A stretch of 64,000 nucleotides of DNA from an uncultured virus (IMG/VR IMGVR_UViG_3300024261_000008) (Duplodnaviria > Heunggongvirae > Uroviricota > Caudoviricetes). Below the pieces are notes generated by a model that did not search any database, had not been told where the DNA came from, and saw nothing but the letters and a program-made list of their open reading frames with translations. Both the position numbers and the translations under genes were made by a program. The DNA is taken from positions 62,001 to 126,000 of the IMG/VR virus record IMGVR_UViG_3300024261_000008; one strand, 5' to 3'. Shown here piece by piece: positions 18,501 to 30,300 of this stretch. Every line of letters begins with the position of its first letter. The first letter of the stretch is position 1.

Positions 18501-21308
18501 AGAGGGTGGTATTGTCCTTTAGATACAGAAAAATTAAAAGGTGGAGATGGAGCCTTATATCTAACCAGTGCAGGCCAGATGAGAGCCACTAGACAAAATT
18601 TTTATGCTTCTATAGGATTTAATATTCCTGCTGGTTTTGCATCATATGACTCTAACTCTGATTCACACTTGCAGAGAGCAAGAAATTTAGCTTGTATTAG
18701 AAAAGTATATGTTAAAGGACAAATTAAAGACGTTTCGCCAAGACGCAGAGGAGAAGGTAAGAAGTTTGGATACAATATGATGCACGGCTCTAATCCCATG
18801 TGTGTTATTAGTGGCCCTAGTCAAGTTGAACAAAAGGCAGAAGCCAGCGTAACTATGACTATACTGATACAAAAGTTTTTGTTTAACTTTCTAGGTTATC
18901 AAGTACCTAAAGAATCTGGATATCCTAGAGCTTGGCAGTATGGGAAAATGATAGTACAAAATGGGGAAGCATGGACACGGGGTGAAGCAGCAGGTGCATT
19001 AGAGAAGCAAGCAAAACTTAGAAATAGTGTCATTAATGGCAATGTAACAGAATCTAATAAAGACGCGACAGCAGATAAACTGGAATTTAATACCGGCATG
19101 TGTGCCATTCCCAATTTTGCTGCTATACCAATTAAATCTAATATTCAGAACTATGGACCTTGGAGTAGTGTTCCCGGTCTAGTAGAAAATATTTTGTTCA
19201 ATAATCCGAACGTAGGAACCATAGAACCCTTGAATCAAACGATGGCAGATAATATGGTTGGAGGCATTGAGGTAGACTACCAAGAGAGTGCTGTTCCTTG
19301 GAACTTTGGAGGAATAGAGTATTTAGACTATGCTAAACTAACACTGGCTAGTGCAGCACTTAAAGGACAACAAGGTTTAGAGAAAGGTTCCTTTAGTGTT
19401 CCGGGTGTCCTATTGTCAGATGGAGCCCCTGTAAGCCTTGGTGGCTTAGTAGGAAACAGTGGACCAGTTGTTAATTCTATTAATGTTAGCATTAATGGTA
19501 ATGGTGGCGTTAAAACCAATTATACACTTAGAACTTGGACAAATAAAGTAGGCTTTTACAATGAGTCTAGAGCCTCAGAAATAGCAGAATTTGGTAAAAG
19601 AGGCAATCAAATTAGACAACAAAACGCTGACTTGCAAATAGCGGTAGCAAGCATTCCTACTCAGGTTCTTAATGCTGTAGACAGGGCCATGATAGCAAAA
19701 GAGGAAAAAGCTAAGGTAGACAAAACAAGTCCTGTAGAAGCATTCGTAGGTTCTGCTACTCCTTGTATTAGAGATGGGGCTGAAATTACAGCACAAGCAA
19801 CCTATGGACCGGGATGGAGTCAAAGACCAAGCACAGCATCAGCACAGTCTGGTCCAGACGATACCTATCAGCACATTGCTAGGACCACCTTATACGATAA
19901 GGGTGAATTTGCTGCTAAAGAAATGCGACCAGAAACTTATAACTATCAATCAATGATGAGTTTAGATGGTATCATATCTCCTATCTCTTTTTATCCGACT
20001 CCTTATGGTTCTACTTTTTCTATTACAAAATATGATAGAGCACACTGTCCCTACTGCAAAGGTGCAGGGCAATATTCATTTAATGTACGAGAACCACAAA
20101 GAAACACGGTAGATTTTCCTTCTTTAGATGAAATACCCGTAACAAATAAGAATGAAAAATGTCAGTTTTGCATCCCTAGTTCAGAGAAGCAGAAAGAAAG
20201 AGAACAAGGTGCAGACTTATCAGTAACAATTAGACAGCCTCCTTATATTGTAGACTACGGGCCTGATTCTGAAATAGATGCTCAGGGAGACTCATGTAAT
20301 GATTCAAAAACTTTAATTAACTATACGACACTAACCCCTGTGGTTATGTCGTCTACCACTGGAGAATTTGCTGTTTCTGCTAATCGTCAAGATGGAGACT
20401 TGTGTGCTCATTCTATTAGGATGGTAGGGATAGGATGGCTACCTCCTGAAGACGACGAAGACGTTTTTATTGATAGTGCTCCAAATCGTCAGAAAAACTA
20501 TTCAGACTACGATAATAGTTTTGTTTCTAATAATTCTAGTAATAACAATGTTGTTCAAGACGGTGAAGGACAACTTACTTCTGATGAAACCTTCAGAGCA
20601 TCTAACAATGCTAGATTTATGGGATTGAGAGGTCCGTTGATGTTACATAGTTGGGGATATGATTTAGACGGTTATCCTGTACCAAATGCTTCTGGTGATC
20701 CCAAGTACGATGAAGAAGGCAATATACTAGTAGACGATGGTGGCAATCCCGTTTATAGCAATCAAAAACTTTTGTCAGATGGTACTTATTCTGCACCATT
20801 TGCTACTCAAGAGTTTGCAAAAAATTGGGCTAGTACTCCTAATACTTGGCCTGTAGGACCGATTGATTTAAGATGGAATGCTGCTGCTAAAGTGTGGACT
20901 GTTGGTGTAGAATATAGTGACGTATATGTTGTTCTTGAGAACGATCTAAATGGGACTGATCCTGTTAGAGCAATCTTAAAAGATGCAGCAGACCACACTA
21001 ATCCTTTGCCAGATGGTTTTAGGAAGTTAGTTTTTGTACAAGACCCTAATGGAACTTTTTCAGCACCAAGAGGAACAACTTTGTATTCCAAATACAATGT
21101 TGACACAGGATACTATAATCCTATTTACAATACTACTACTTTTACTTCTGGTATAGTAATCGGTAACGGTGCTGCGACAGTTATAGTTAGTGAAGCAGAA
21201 TATGACGTAGGATATGAAAATCCTTTAAACATAAATATTGCTGCGGGTAATCCTGCTATTTTTATGTTTATTAATGGACAATGGGTGATTCAATCAACAT
21301 CGTGCTAA
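15564..21308 (+). CDS. Large probable tail-tip/baseplate-hub protein (1914 aa)
   Basis: Purine-rich RBS; located in the tail module; Pro/acidic linkers; CPYC...CQFC pair. Function inferred from position only. Confidence 0.45.
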   Translation: MAIACGEFSKSQAGPYNQHLVLGASLTSMTLNAGWGSTSSSCSLGLVYDGCSHWRDQAAYGTFNTSRDSVLQQPNNYQPKNALDKSPLGTRVSFGEDTAPVVAATGFTNADDPYNGLTRTIGQADQNKENYQKQNDIDDLGKVVWAPQPGGFLRKNWLGPDPGFIADQTNGLNGFDVNGTCVFAKFDELFFGGFIKSWDGKAGSGGSTYNVSLQSMTPILNGFNMILNEYTGSVGTRYNTGNASLPIATIPSSNYIGDYNGTYFGSVRGGNHPNLVNLYGIATAFYGFTASRWRSDRGVAASDIYFLIRSLLDPTNTYIPHSAWFPYGAIIGRSLIDRTTGLMVNTAETAFTYGGVSLSYNDLGWMPAKLAIDNRFRPMFALDLSSVPMPPNDLIISEPNLTLTGFLDLLSKGGNYDYQIDCLPSSNPLYSAVIKVNTVDRSKTAPIHTLKNSLLNTSVVENVSYGEEFNPNSVRKVIIGGPQQRVVQMTTASKNVYQETRTYDPYAVEERTITPHAKNLTQNRQAGMNAATMPTTNTRWYKSFIYNGALVAQSQTTTQFFSVDSNGLQAVKAFGNYGGRIAVAMPNYDSVKHSYPLSSDLISPYYGIDSRGITRPVYFDKYMGHIQILTSMSDWNLFANCNIPKGLLTSVPESPEEEDPSAPPVVTDDSNDPPVIPNPNEDAPRPLQFSPLSSWIISETDIRAAKSGLEQFVAYLYNEYENGFRGFTAVLFYNYIQYNFGTKNADKLLSGQENRDKMFNTQLTDLGDLNNAKLDHTLTNATKGTTGSLSDYRIKIEIEALRKFLAEEIGSHHAKEYAVRLPEVYSYLDRENNVQFSYVPVDAGWEEEGSPLDDTMVFGGTFANYLANENGTMPPILGFNASLEYDRQSKKISDDDVTAMPIEPLDPSPPPADPDGPDDDGEEAPIPPPTEENGGGSGGSNLPPEAGIPGDSNKAATGGNTLTETPMDLGSSPIKSENSRGWYCPLDTEKLKGGDGALYLTSAGQMRATRQNFYASIGFNIPAGFASYDSNSDSHLQRARNLACIRKVYVKGQIKDVSPRRRGEGKKFGYNMMHGSNPMCVISGPSQVEQKAEASVTMTILIQKFLFNFLGYQVPKESGYPRAWQYGKMIVQNGEAWTRGEAAGALEKQAKLRNSVINGNVTESNKDATADKLEFNTGMCAIPNFAAIPIKSNIQNYGPWSSVPGLVENILFNNPNVGTIEPLNQTMADNMVGGIEVDYQESAVPWNFGGIEYLDYAKLTLASAALKGQQGLEKGSFSVPGVLLSDGAPVSLGGLVGNSGPVVNSINVSINGNGGVKTNYTLRTWTNKVGFYNESRASEIAEFGKRGNQIRQQNADLQIAVASIPTQVLNAVDRAMIAKEEKAKVDKTSPVEAFVGSATPCIRDGAEITAQATYGPGWSQRPSTASAQSGPDDTYQHIARTTLYDKGEFAAKEMRPETYNYQSMMSLDGIISPISFYPTPYGSTFSITKYDRAHCPYCKGAGQYSFNVREPQRNTVDFPSLDEIPVTNKNEKCQFCIPSSEKQKEREQGADLSVTIRQPPYIVDYGPDSEIDAQGDSCNDSKTLINYTTLTPVVMSSTTGEFAVSANRQDGDLCAHSIRMVGIGWLPPEDDEDVFIDSAPNRQKNYSDYDNSFVSNNSSNNNVVQDGEGQLTSDETFRASNNARFMGLRGPLMLHSWGYDLDGYPVPNASGDPKYDEEGNILVDDGGNPVYSNQKLLSDGTYSAPFATQEFAKNWASTPNTWPVGPIDLRWNAAAKVWTVGVEYSDVYVVLENDLNGTDPVRAILKDAADHTNPLPDGFRKLVFVQDPNGTFSAPRGTTLYSKYNVDTGYYNPIYNTTTFTSGIVIGNGAATVIVSEAEYDVGYENPLNINIAAGNPAIFMFINGQWVIQSTSC

Positions 21309-21317
21309 GAGTAAAAT

Positions 21318-24300
21318 ATGAATAATAAGTGTTGCAGAATAGTCAATGAAAATTCAGATCGTCCAATCGGTGATGACCCACTATACCTGTATCGTTTTGG
21401 GGAATGGCTTTGGAACCGCACATACAATAATTTGGATAATGGACATACTCCACCGAGAGGTCATGCTGGATGGATGCCTATTATTATACGTGGTTATGAA
21501 GAAAACGTAGCTATTAGACCTTTAGCCCCTCCAAAAAATACAGGACTTGTAACTTTCGATCCGCTTAATTGTACAAATGATCAGTTTATTACCGATCCTA
21601 CCAGAGTTGCGGACCCTAAATCTGCTTCTATAGATTGCCAATATTGTGAAGATTTTGGAAATGCTGTAGGATCACCTAGAGGCATTTCTCAATTAGGTGA
21701 CGCTAAAAACAATAAAGTAAATACTGGTAATTACACTTGCTGCAATGGCAACTGTGACGTTAGGACTAATCAAATAGACGTAGATCATAATATTCCTTAT
21801 GTTTTGCCACAGTATGTTGATCAATGGGGAGACGATAAATATGAACTCAAGTGGCCCGATGTTTACAAAGGACTTAGCATAGAATGGGCCGCCTATCAAG
21901 GCAGAAAATGTGCATGGGAACTTCTACCTACTATGGGTGAAATACCATATGATGCATCTACTAGTCAATACAACAATAAAAGAGACCATGAACTAGCCAT
22001 AGAAAAAGCCAATATAGCTAACAGAATGGCAGGAAACTTTATTGTATTTAAAATAGGTCCAAAAGCACAGTCCTATGATGATAGTGATGAGGCTATAGAG
22101 TGGTATAAAGATCAAATAAGGCCATGTCTGGGAGAGTTTGGCTATATTAGCAACAGATTCAAAGATACTATTGATGTAGACCTACCAACTCCTGAAGAAT
22201 TTACGGCTCCTTACGGCTTCAATGATGGAACACAAGATAATGTCTTTATAGGAAGAAAGAAAAGAACTAGCTGGTGGAAATGGGATATCGAAGAGGCTCC
22301 TGTAGCTTGGTGTCTTAGACAAGATAAAGATACTGTCTTAGGGACAGTTAACTATGTAACAGAAGAGGTTTTTAGTGAAGAACTTGGTCGAACAGAAGAA
22401 AGAATTACTCCGCAGTGGGATCATCAGTATTGGATACCTCCCGGTGATATATGGGTTGCTAAAATAGAACCAGACGAACCTCGAAACACCATGAGAGACG
22501 GCAAGACTGAGCAAGACGGCCAGCAGCGTTGTCCTTCCGGTGTCAAATTCATGGAGAGTGGCAATATGTATGTTTTGCCACACGATAGTTATGCTGTATA
22601 TATTTCTTGTAATATGTATGAAAGATTTTATGACGCTTATCAGTCTATAAAAGAAATTCCTACAATCAGACCCGAAGAAAGAATTTGGCAGGCAATGTAC
22701 GCTGCTACCCATCCTTTAATAGACAAGGTAACTGTAGACTTACACAAGCCTTATACAATTAATACTGAAATAAAAGAGTACTTTAGTCCGGTAGATGACA
22801 CAGCTACTCCTGTTAGCAGCGAAAGAACACAGCTGGGTAATTTTGCTAATCCTTACTATCAATTTATGAACTGGTTTGATAAAAAGTATATGACTAGTAG
22901 CAATCTTAATTTAATAGATAGTGATACGGACTTATGGAATACTCTAGTTTCTAAGTATGGTAGTTTTTACGATTCGTATCCAAGTCAATTTATAAAAGAC
23001 ATAACATTTGACAATCAAACACTACCTGCGAATACACACTTAGGTGTAGACCTTGTGTACGACTTTCTTGTTGAGTCAGAAAGCGAATTAATACAAGGAA
23101 GAAGAAATCAACCTGATGTGCCAAACTATCAAAACATGACAAATGCTGGCATAAATAGTACCTTTCAAGTAGGAGGATACAGAGGAGCATCTATTGAGAT
23201 CAATAGTCATTTTATAGAAAGAAACAAACTGATTCCTGCAAATTTAGAAGAAGATGGAGTATGCCACAAATTAAGCAACCCCGCATTATTTTCTGATTGG
23301 AGAGCATTTAACGATAGTGTTTACAGAAGTGAATATTTACAGTCTGGGTGGCTATCATACGAAACTTACTATATAAGAAATGGAAACGGTACGAACAACC
23401 CTGAAACATACTGTCGTGAATGTGATGAATATTCTAGTTATGCCAACTATGCTACAAGCAAATGTACAGAAGTTCAAAATTGTTTTTGCGATGAAGAAAG
23501 AGCAGTAGATGCTGGGCCGTGTTCAGGACAGGCTAAAAACATTGAAGATTGGACAATAAGAGACACTAGATACTATCCTGTTATAAACGATCCTAAAGCT
23601 ACGCCTATATCTGTGGCTTTCCATGCTAATGGAGGTATATTTTATAGAGGTGCAAGTGATTCCGGTATAGTAAGATTCGGTGATCAGAACAGTAATATAG
23701 GAGAAAGAAAATTTAGGATCACCTTGGAAATGGAGAGTTTCGGTACTGATGCTGGTCGGACTTCTCCATTGGGTCTTAGGGTATATGCTTGTGATCTGTA
23801 TGCATTACAGAGTAGTAGTCCAGAGACATACCTTTGTCAGAGATTCCCTATAGTTGGACAACTACAAACTCCTACAATCAATACTGACAATGAGTGGCCT
23901 ATACAAACTTCTCCAGCACAAGGTGGAAGATGGGAAACTCAACCAGCATATCTTCCGGGGTTAAGCACTAAATATGCTCCTAGCTTAAAAAAATATGGAG
24001 GCTTCAATAAAAAGGAAATAGAAGAAATGTTTCCCTATGGCTATGAGCAAATGGAAGACTACGAAAAAGAAGATAAAGTAGTTAAAGAAACGGTATATAA
24101 TTATGATTCTAATAAGCCTTTTGGTTGCGGAAGTAGTGACTCAATGACATTTAAAAATTATGTTGAGACTAACTATGATTTAGAAATACAGACAGCCAGA
24201 GGATTGATGGATCATACTATATCTATTTCTGAAGGAGGAACATTTACCGGAAGCAGAACAAAAGAAGACCCATTTGAACCATTAGATGTAGTTGTAAACG

Positions 24301-27300
24301 AAGACTATAAAAGATTTAAAACCTATGTTCAGTATGGTCGGTCTAGTTTAAAAGACGAGAACGGCTATCTACTTAGTGCTGATTCGGATGGTGTCGCATG
24401 GGATGGAGGAGGAAATTGGACTTTAGATTGGATACCAGAAAACTCTAAAGGCAACACATATAATCTATCCGTTAGGTTAGCAAATCCATATTTGAGTAAG
24501 CTATTAGACACTGTGGGACACGAAGGAAATAGAAAATATTACCCGCCTGCATCAAACCCGAGAGCATGGTATGACAACCTAGATTACCTTGGAGGAACTT
24601 ATGGCTATTGCGACAATCCAGACCAGTGGTATGATTATGGAGATCAAACTTCTAGGGTTACTGTCGTTGTTAGAGCAACACCTAAGCCTGTTACAGCTAA
24701 ATTTGCTATGTTCCCACCTTCTCCTGTAGAATGTTTTGATAGGGTTCAGTTTACTAAAGACGGTCAAGTAAAACCCACTGATGACAAAGGCGTTATTCCT
24801 ACATCTTACAAAAATCAATTACGAAGATCGGCTGGTCGATCATTATTACCCAAGTTGACTTTTAACAATATAGTCGATTGGGACAGTGGCCCTTTACCTT
24901 ATGATCTAAGTGAATCTTTTCTAATTAATGAAAAACAATCCAAGTCTCTGTCTTCATTATTTAGAAAAGTAAAAAACTTTACTGAAAACCGTAAATTTAA
25001 GATTGTTCTAGCAACTAGAGATGGTAAATTTTTCCAACTAGATGGCCTTCCAACTAGATATGAATCACAGAAAAAAACTTACGAAGGTTTTGGTCACTTT
25101 GTTCAAGTAGTTCGTGACGGCTCTGATTATAATACATATTTACCCGGAGCGATACCTTTAGTGCAAAAGAAAACACTGGAAGATGTTACATGGGTGACAA
25201 AACCTAACACAAGGTTTACTGCAAAAATTAACAATACTTTAGAAAACTTTGATCCTAATTGGCCTCTTAATCTTAGGCTAACCACAGGCTATAGAATAGA
25301 CCCTGTAAACAATACGTTAACATTCGCCGGAACAAGAATGTTTTTTGCTCTGTTTCCTAAAGTAGAAATTATTACTTTGCCTAGTCCTAGTGATGATATG
25401 GAAAACAATCCTCCTGTTGGCAGCATAGTTAATTTTTTAAGAGGACCAGTAGGAACTTATTACAAATACGCAGATGCAGACGAAGCACCTTTTTCGTCTA
25501 AGTACGTTGTCTTTAATCCTAATGATTATACATGGCAAAGATATTCTGATCTGCACTACGACTTTAACAATACTAGTTATATAGGATATGTTTATAACTC
25601 AATATTAAAAATCAACCCAATTACATTCTATTTCTATCGTGACCCTCTGGGAGACAGAACTAAACAAGCAGAAGCAATTTGTACAGAAATGAGATTGAAG
25701 TCTTATTTGGTGGATGCTAGAGGTAAAAGGGTTTTTCCCGGTACTTTAAATGATCCTTGTATAGATTTATGTACAGACGGTGGGATAACTTTCATAAGAA
25801 CAGAAACAGAATTAAAGTTTAAAAATAATTTAAATGTTGATTGGTATGAGATAGATGATTTAAAAACTGAAATTTTATCTTCACATATCTATAAGCCAGA
25901 ATGCGTAAATAACGAGAAAGATAGTTTTCTTAGCAACCGAAAGTATAGGTCTAAGTGGTCTGATCTTAAGGGTTTTGACGGAATTATTCTTGATCACAGC
26001 GAAGAAGAACAGTATGCTAGTAAATACTACCCTCCTACTAGATATGACAATGTATTTTATAAGATGCTTGTTGACAATGATAATCAGTCAGAAATACCTA
26101 CTTCTAGAGGTGAAGAGAGACACCACTCTATTGTACCATACGGAAACAAAGGCTCTGCTCCTTTCCGTTTCAACATACATCAAAAATACAATGTAGACTA
26201 CGGAAATGATTTGGTCAACTCAGCAGAGATTAGTGGAGTACATAATTATTTCCCTTTCATGGACATCAATGATAAGGATTGGGGTTTAGGATATACCCCT
26301 GTAGATAAATTCTTTGTCCCAGAGGTTATAGAGCAAGATTTTGATGGACTAGTTGAGCCTAATCTTACAGAGGTAAAACAAGGGGCTCTTGGAGAATATC
26401 AAAGAACTAGACCCGATAAACAAATTATATTAACTATTCCTGCTGATGCAACATTCACACAAACTATAGAATTTGCTACAAAAGCTGATACATATGTAAT
26501 CTCAGATACTTTAAGAGCAGATACTCCGTTGTTTTATTTAGGAGAGATAGAGCAAGAAGATACAGAAAACTGTCCGGGTGATCTCGACATCCTTAAACCA
26601 GACCCATATCAAGGCAGAAACTATGGTAAAAATTTTGGAGGCACACTTGATATAGGCAGGCCTTATGATATAAGAAAAGGCACAATGCCTTTAGAGAACT
26701 GGAAACCAAAAAGTGCTTTTGCTAGATGGACTAGATACTGCGATATTGATGAAGAAACTTGTGAAACTCAAAAGTGTATCACTTCAGGTCGTGGGTCAAC
26801 AGAACTATATGGGGTTTACAAAATGTCAAACCCTACGAAACTAACTTATAGAGAACTTGCTGGTCAAGACTTCCTTGCTTTTATATCTTACAATGCTGGA
26901 ATAGTTAATGGCATGAATGGTGTTAGGCCTCCAAAAATTTTAAGGTCTATACATAGTAAACAAGAAAACCCAGCCATAAAAAATGATATACTGTACTCTA
27001 AAGACAATACAGACCTTTGTAACGACAGAGTAGTTCTACCTCCAGAATATCAATATCCTGATTGGGATACACAGGTTAACTCTACATTTTTGCAAGGAGT
27101 AAAAGATTTAGAAAAACTAAGTCTAACATACGAACCTGCTGAACAACTAATAAAATCAGACCTGCTTGCTGAAGAGATGGTGTTTAGGGCTTTGTACGGA
27201 GAAAAAGAATTTGTCAATCGTACATCTTTTAATGGGGACACTCTTTTAACTGCTGATCAAATCTTAAATTATGTAGACCCACAAATTGATGTAGACGAAA

Positions 27301-30300
27301 TGCACAAGCAGATTTTATGGAGTTACGACAGAGGAAGCAACAGCGATGTTAGTAGAGTGCAAACACAACACACATTTGGTGTTAATTCTAGATTAAGAGT
27401 GGGAGATAGAGCATCAGTTACATGGGGAGGAGTAAAAGTTGAAGCCGATATTACAGAAAACTCTACTAATACTTGGGAGGGAAGAGTTCTTAATTTAACT
27501 ATAGAGTCATCACAAGGAACACAAAATTATAGCGTTCCTATTTTTATGAGTAATGTAGTTTTTTCTGACATGATCAATGTTCTTGCAGGAGGAGAAGCCC
27601 CAACAGTTGATGATAATTCTACTATTACATTAGTAGAACAAGGAGCCATAGTTCAACCAGAAAGAAAAACTAGAGTTGTTGATTGCTACAATGGTCAATG
27701 TTGCTTTGATCTTGAAGATAATCTTGGTATTGGAGGCGGCGACTATCAAAAGATTTTATTAACGGAATGCAAAAATATGGGGACTTGGAAATATTTTCTT
27801 TTACAAGTTCCGCGTCTACAAAGATACAACTGGAATGACACTTTTAATGTTTGTGAGCCAGATAACTTTATATACGGTCCTGATACATCTGCTTGTAAAC
27901 CTTACAAATATGGATATTGTAATTTAACTCCAGAAGAATGTCCTCCTTGTACTGGCGAGCACCCTCCAGAAGAACTTGTTCTTGTAGAGAGTTTGGACAA
28001 AGACTATTACGTTACAGAAAACAAATGGATTAATAATTATTTAGACACTGATGTAGAGAGATTTACTTATGATTACAAAAGTTGTAGAAACACTATAAGA
28101 AGCAATGGACATCTTTACAGACATAACTACGAATATGCTGAACAGAAATTTTTTAGATTTGATCTTGCAGCTGAATTTAATGCTGCTGAATATAGATTAG
28201 CTATCGCCAATATAGATTGTTTTAATTGCGGAGGTGGAGGTTGTCATTGTAGTGATCCGGGTACTGCAAATCGCCCCGGCACCTGCGTTGGGGTATGCGA
28301 CTATCAACTAGAGGTTACGAGCAACGATGAAGGACCGTGTAATACAAAATGCAAATATTCAGAACCTCGTGTTTCACTTGGCAGTGAGTGTTTTTGTAAT
28401 GGTGCACCTGCATGTCCAAACGGCTCTGATCCTGATGGTTGCTACCCTTATGGATCAAGTGCTTGCCCTATAAGGTTCTCTCATCCTACTACTTTGACTC
28501 CAAACGAAGCCTGTGATAAGGCTTTCGCATTAGTACAATACGATACTTCATACTGGGGTTATTATGGATACGATTCTGCTGGTCAGCCGAGAGGTTGTGG
28601 AAGAGCTTGCTATCCTAGAGGAGATTGCGATACTACTTATTTTTGTTTTATACAAGATTGTGAAAAATGCCCACAGTCTAATATGGGAGCAGCAGAATGT
28701 TACGACTCGCCACCCGGCCCTCCCGTTTGGAACTCCGAAGGTTATACATGGGGACGAACAGTTGTAGCCCCTTATGTCTCTTCTTGTGGAATAAGAGGTC
28801 AGGGTTTTACTGCTACTCCTTCCAACGGCACCACTTGCTCCAGCGACAACTGTCCAGATTATTCTCAAACAGACGTATTTGAAACTAAAACAGTTTGGGA
28901 GTACAGTGAACCAGAAGTCGCTTACGACACATACTTAAAAGACACTAAATATGGTGGCGGCAATAATAGAATTTGTAATTCAGGATCACAACCCGACTGT
29001 GTAACAACCCTGTTTTCTGTGACACTAGACAACGATCAAGTACGAGTAAATTTTCCAAGTGGTGATATAGCATGGGCTAGTCAAGGAGGAATTGGTAGTA
29101 ATGCGTGTGTAGGGCCAAGTCTTGAAACCACTAATGTGTCGTTGTGTACAGACACTAATTACCGTATAAGTGAAAGTAATTCAAACTTAGAAGTGAATAT
29201 CTCTGACAATCTTGGCTATATATCTAACTATAGTAAAACCGATACTGTTGGATGCACAAATAATGTTAAAATAAATATGCCTCCACAAAGTCAAGAATGG
29301 GCCGTTAGAGACATAGACGGTCAGTGTATGGTTGGACACTGGATGGGTCAACATATTAATGAAAGTTTGGTTATCTCGCAAGGACAGAATGCATATGTTG
29401 TTTGTCAATCCAATCAGATCGCTGGATCAGCTTGTGTTGGAAGATTGGAAATAGCAAATGCGGGTAGTACTTTTAATAGTCCTCCGGGTGGTGAGTGTCC
29501 CGAAGAAAAGGCTGAAGCAAGAGTATATGGTGTTTGTGAAGGAACTCTAAGCGGTCCAGACTGTAACTCACCAGATGAATGTTCTTGGGGGGAAAGTAGT
29601 TGGTTTGAAGAACTAGAAGTATTACACAATGAATATAGAAAGAGATACAATAATGCTAATAGGAGCATACCAACGGAAAATATTATAGAAGGCTTGATTC
29701 CGGGCAGTGTCGGACCTTTACTGACAAAGACATATCAAATCCCAGAAGGCACAGTAACTAGAGCAAATAAGGGGCCTTATGGAGTAACAACAGAAGATAT
29801 GTATGCGTATGTTACTGTTGCATACTATGACTATAAGTATAGAGCACCGCACAACCTAGATGATACGATCACCGAAACAAGACAGGCACAGGTCGCAGAA
29901 CAAAACGGAACGGACTCTGTAACTGCTAGTTGCTACAAAGGTAGGCCTTTTACCAACGATCCAGCATTACAGACGTTGGACCCATTGAGAGGTTATTTTT
30001 ATCATTGTAATGAGAGCAATACAGGAGACTGTGGAGAAGGAATTGGCTTTCCTTGGTATATTAGAGGAAGTTGGACATTTATGCCAAGTAGGTTAGCTTA
30101 CAGATGTATAAACAGGGGTGTTGCGTATCCTAATTGGTATACTCCAGCAGTTTCACCCCATGGTTGTCGCCCTCAATTCGATGAAAGGTACGGTAGATAT
30201 GACACTCCACCAACCAATTTTATGAGTACCACTCCAACTGTAGAAAGAAAGGCTTGCCAAGGAACATATAGTTGTTATTATAATGATAAACAATGGCCTG

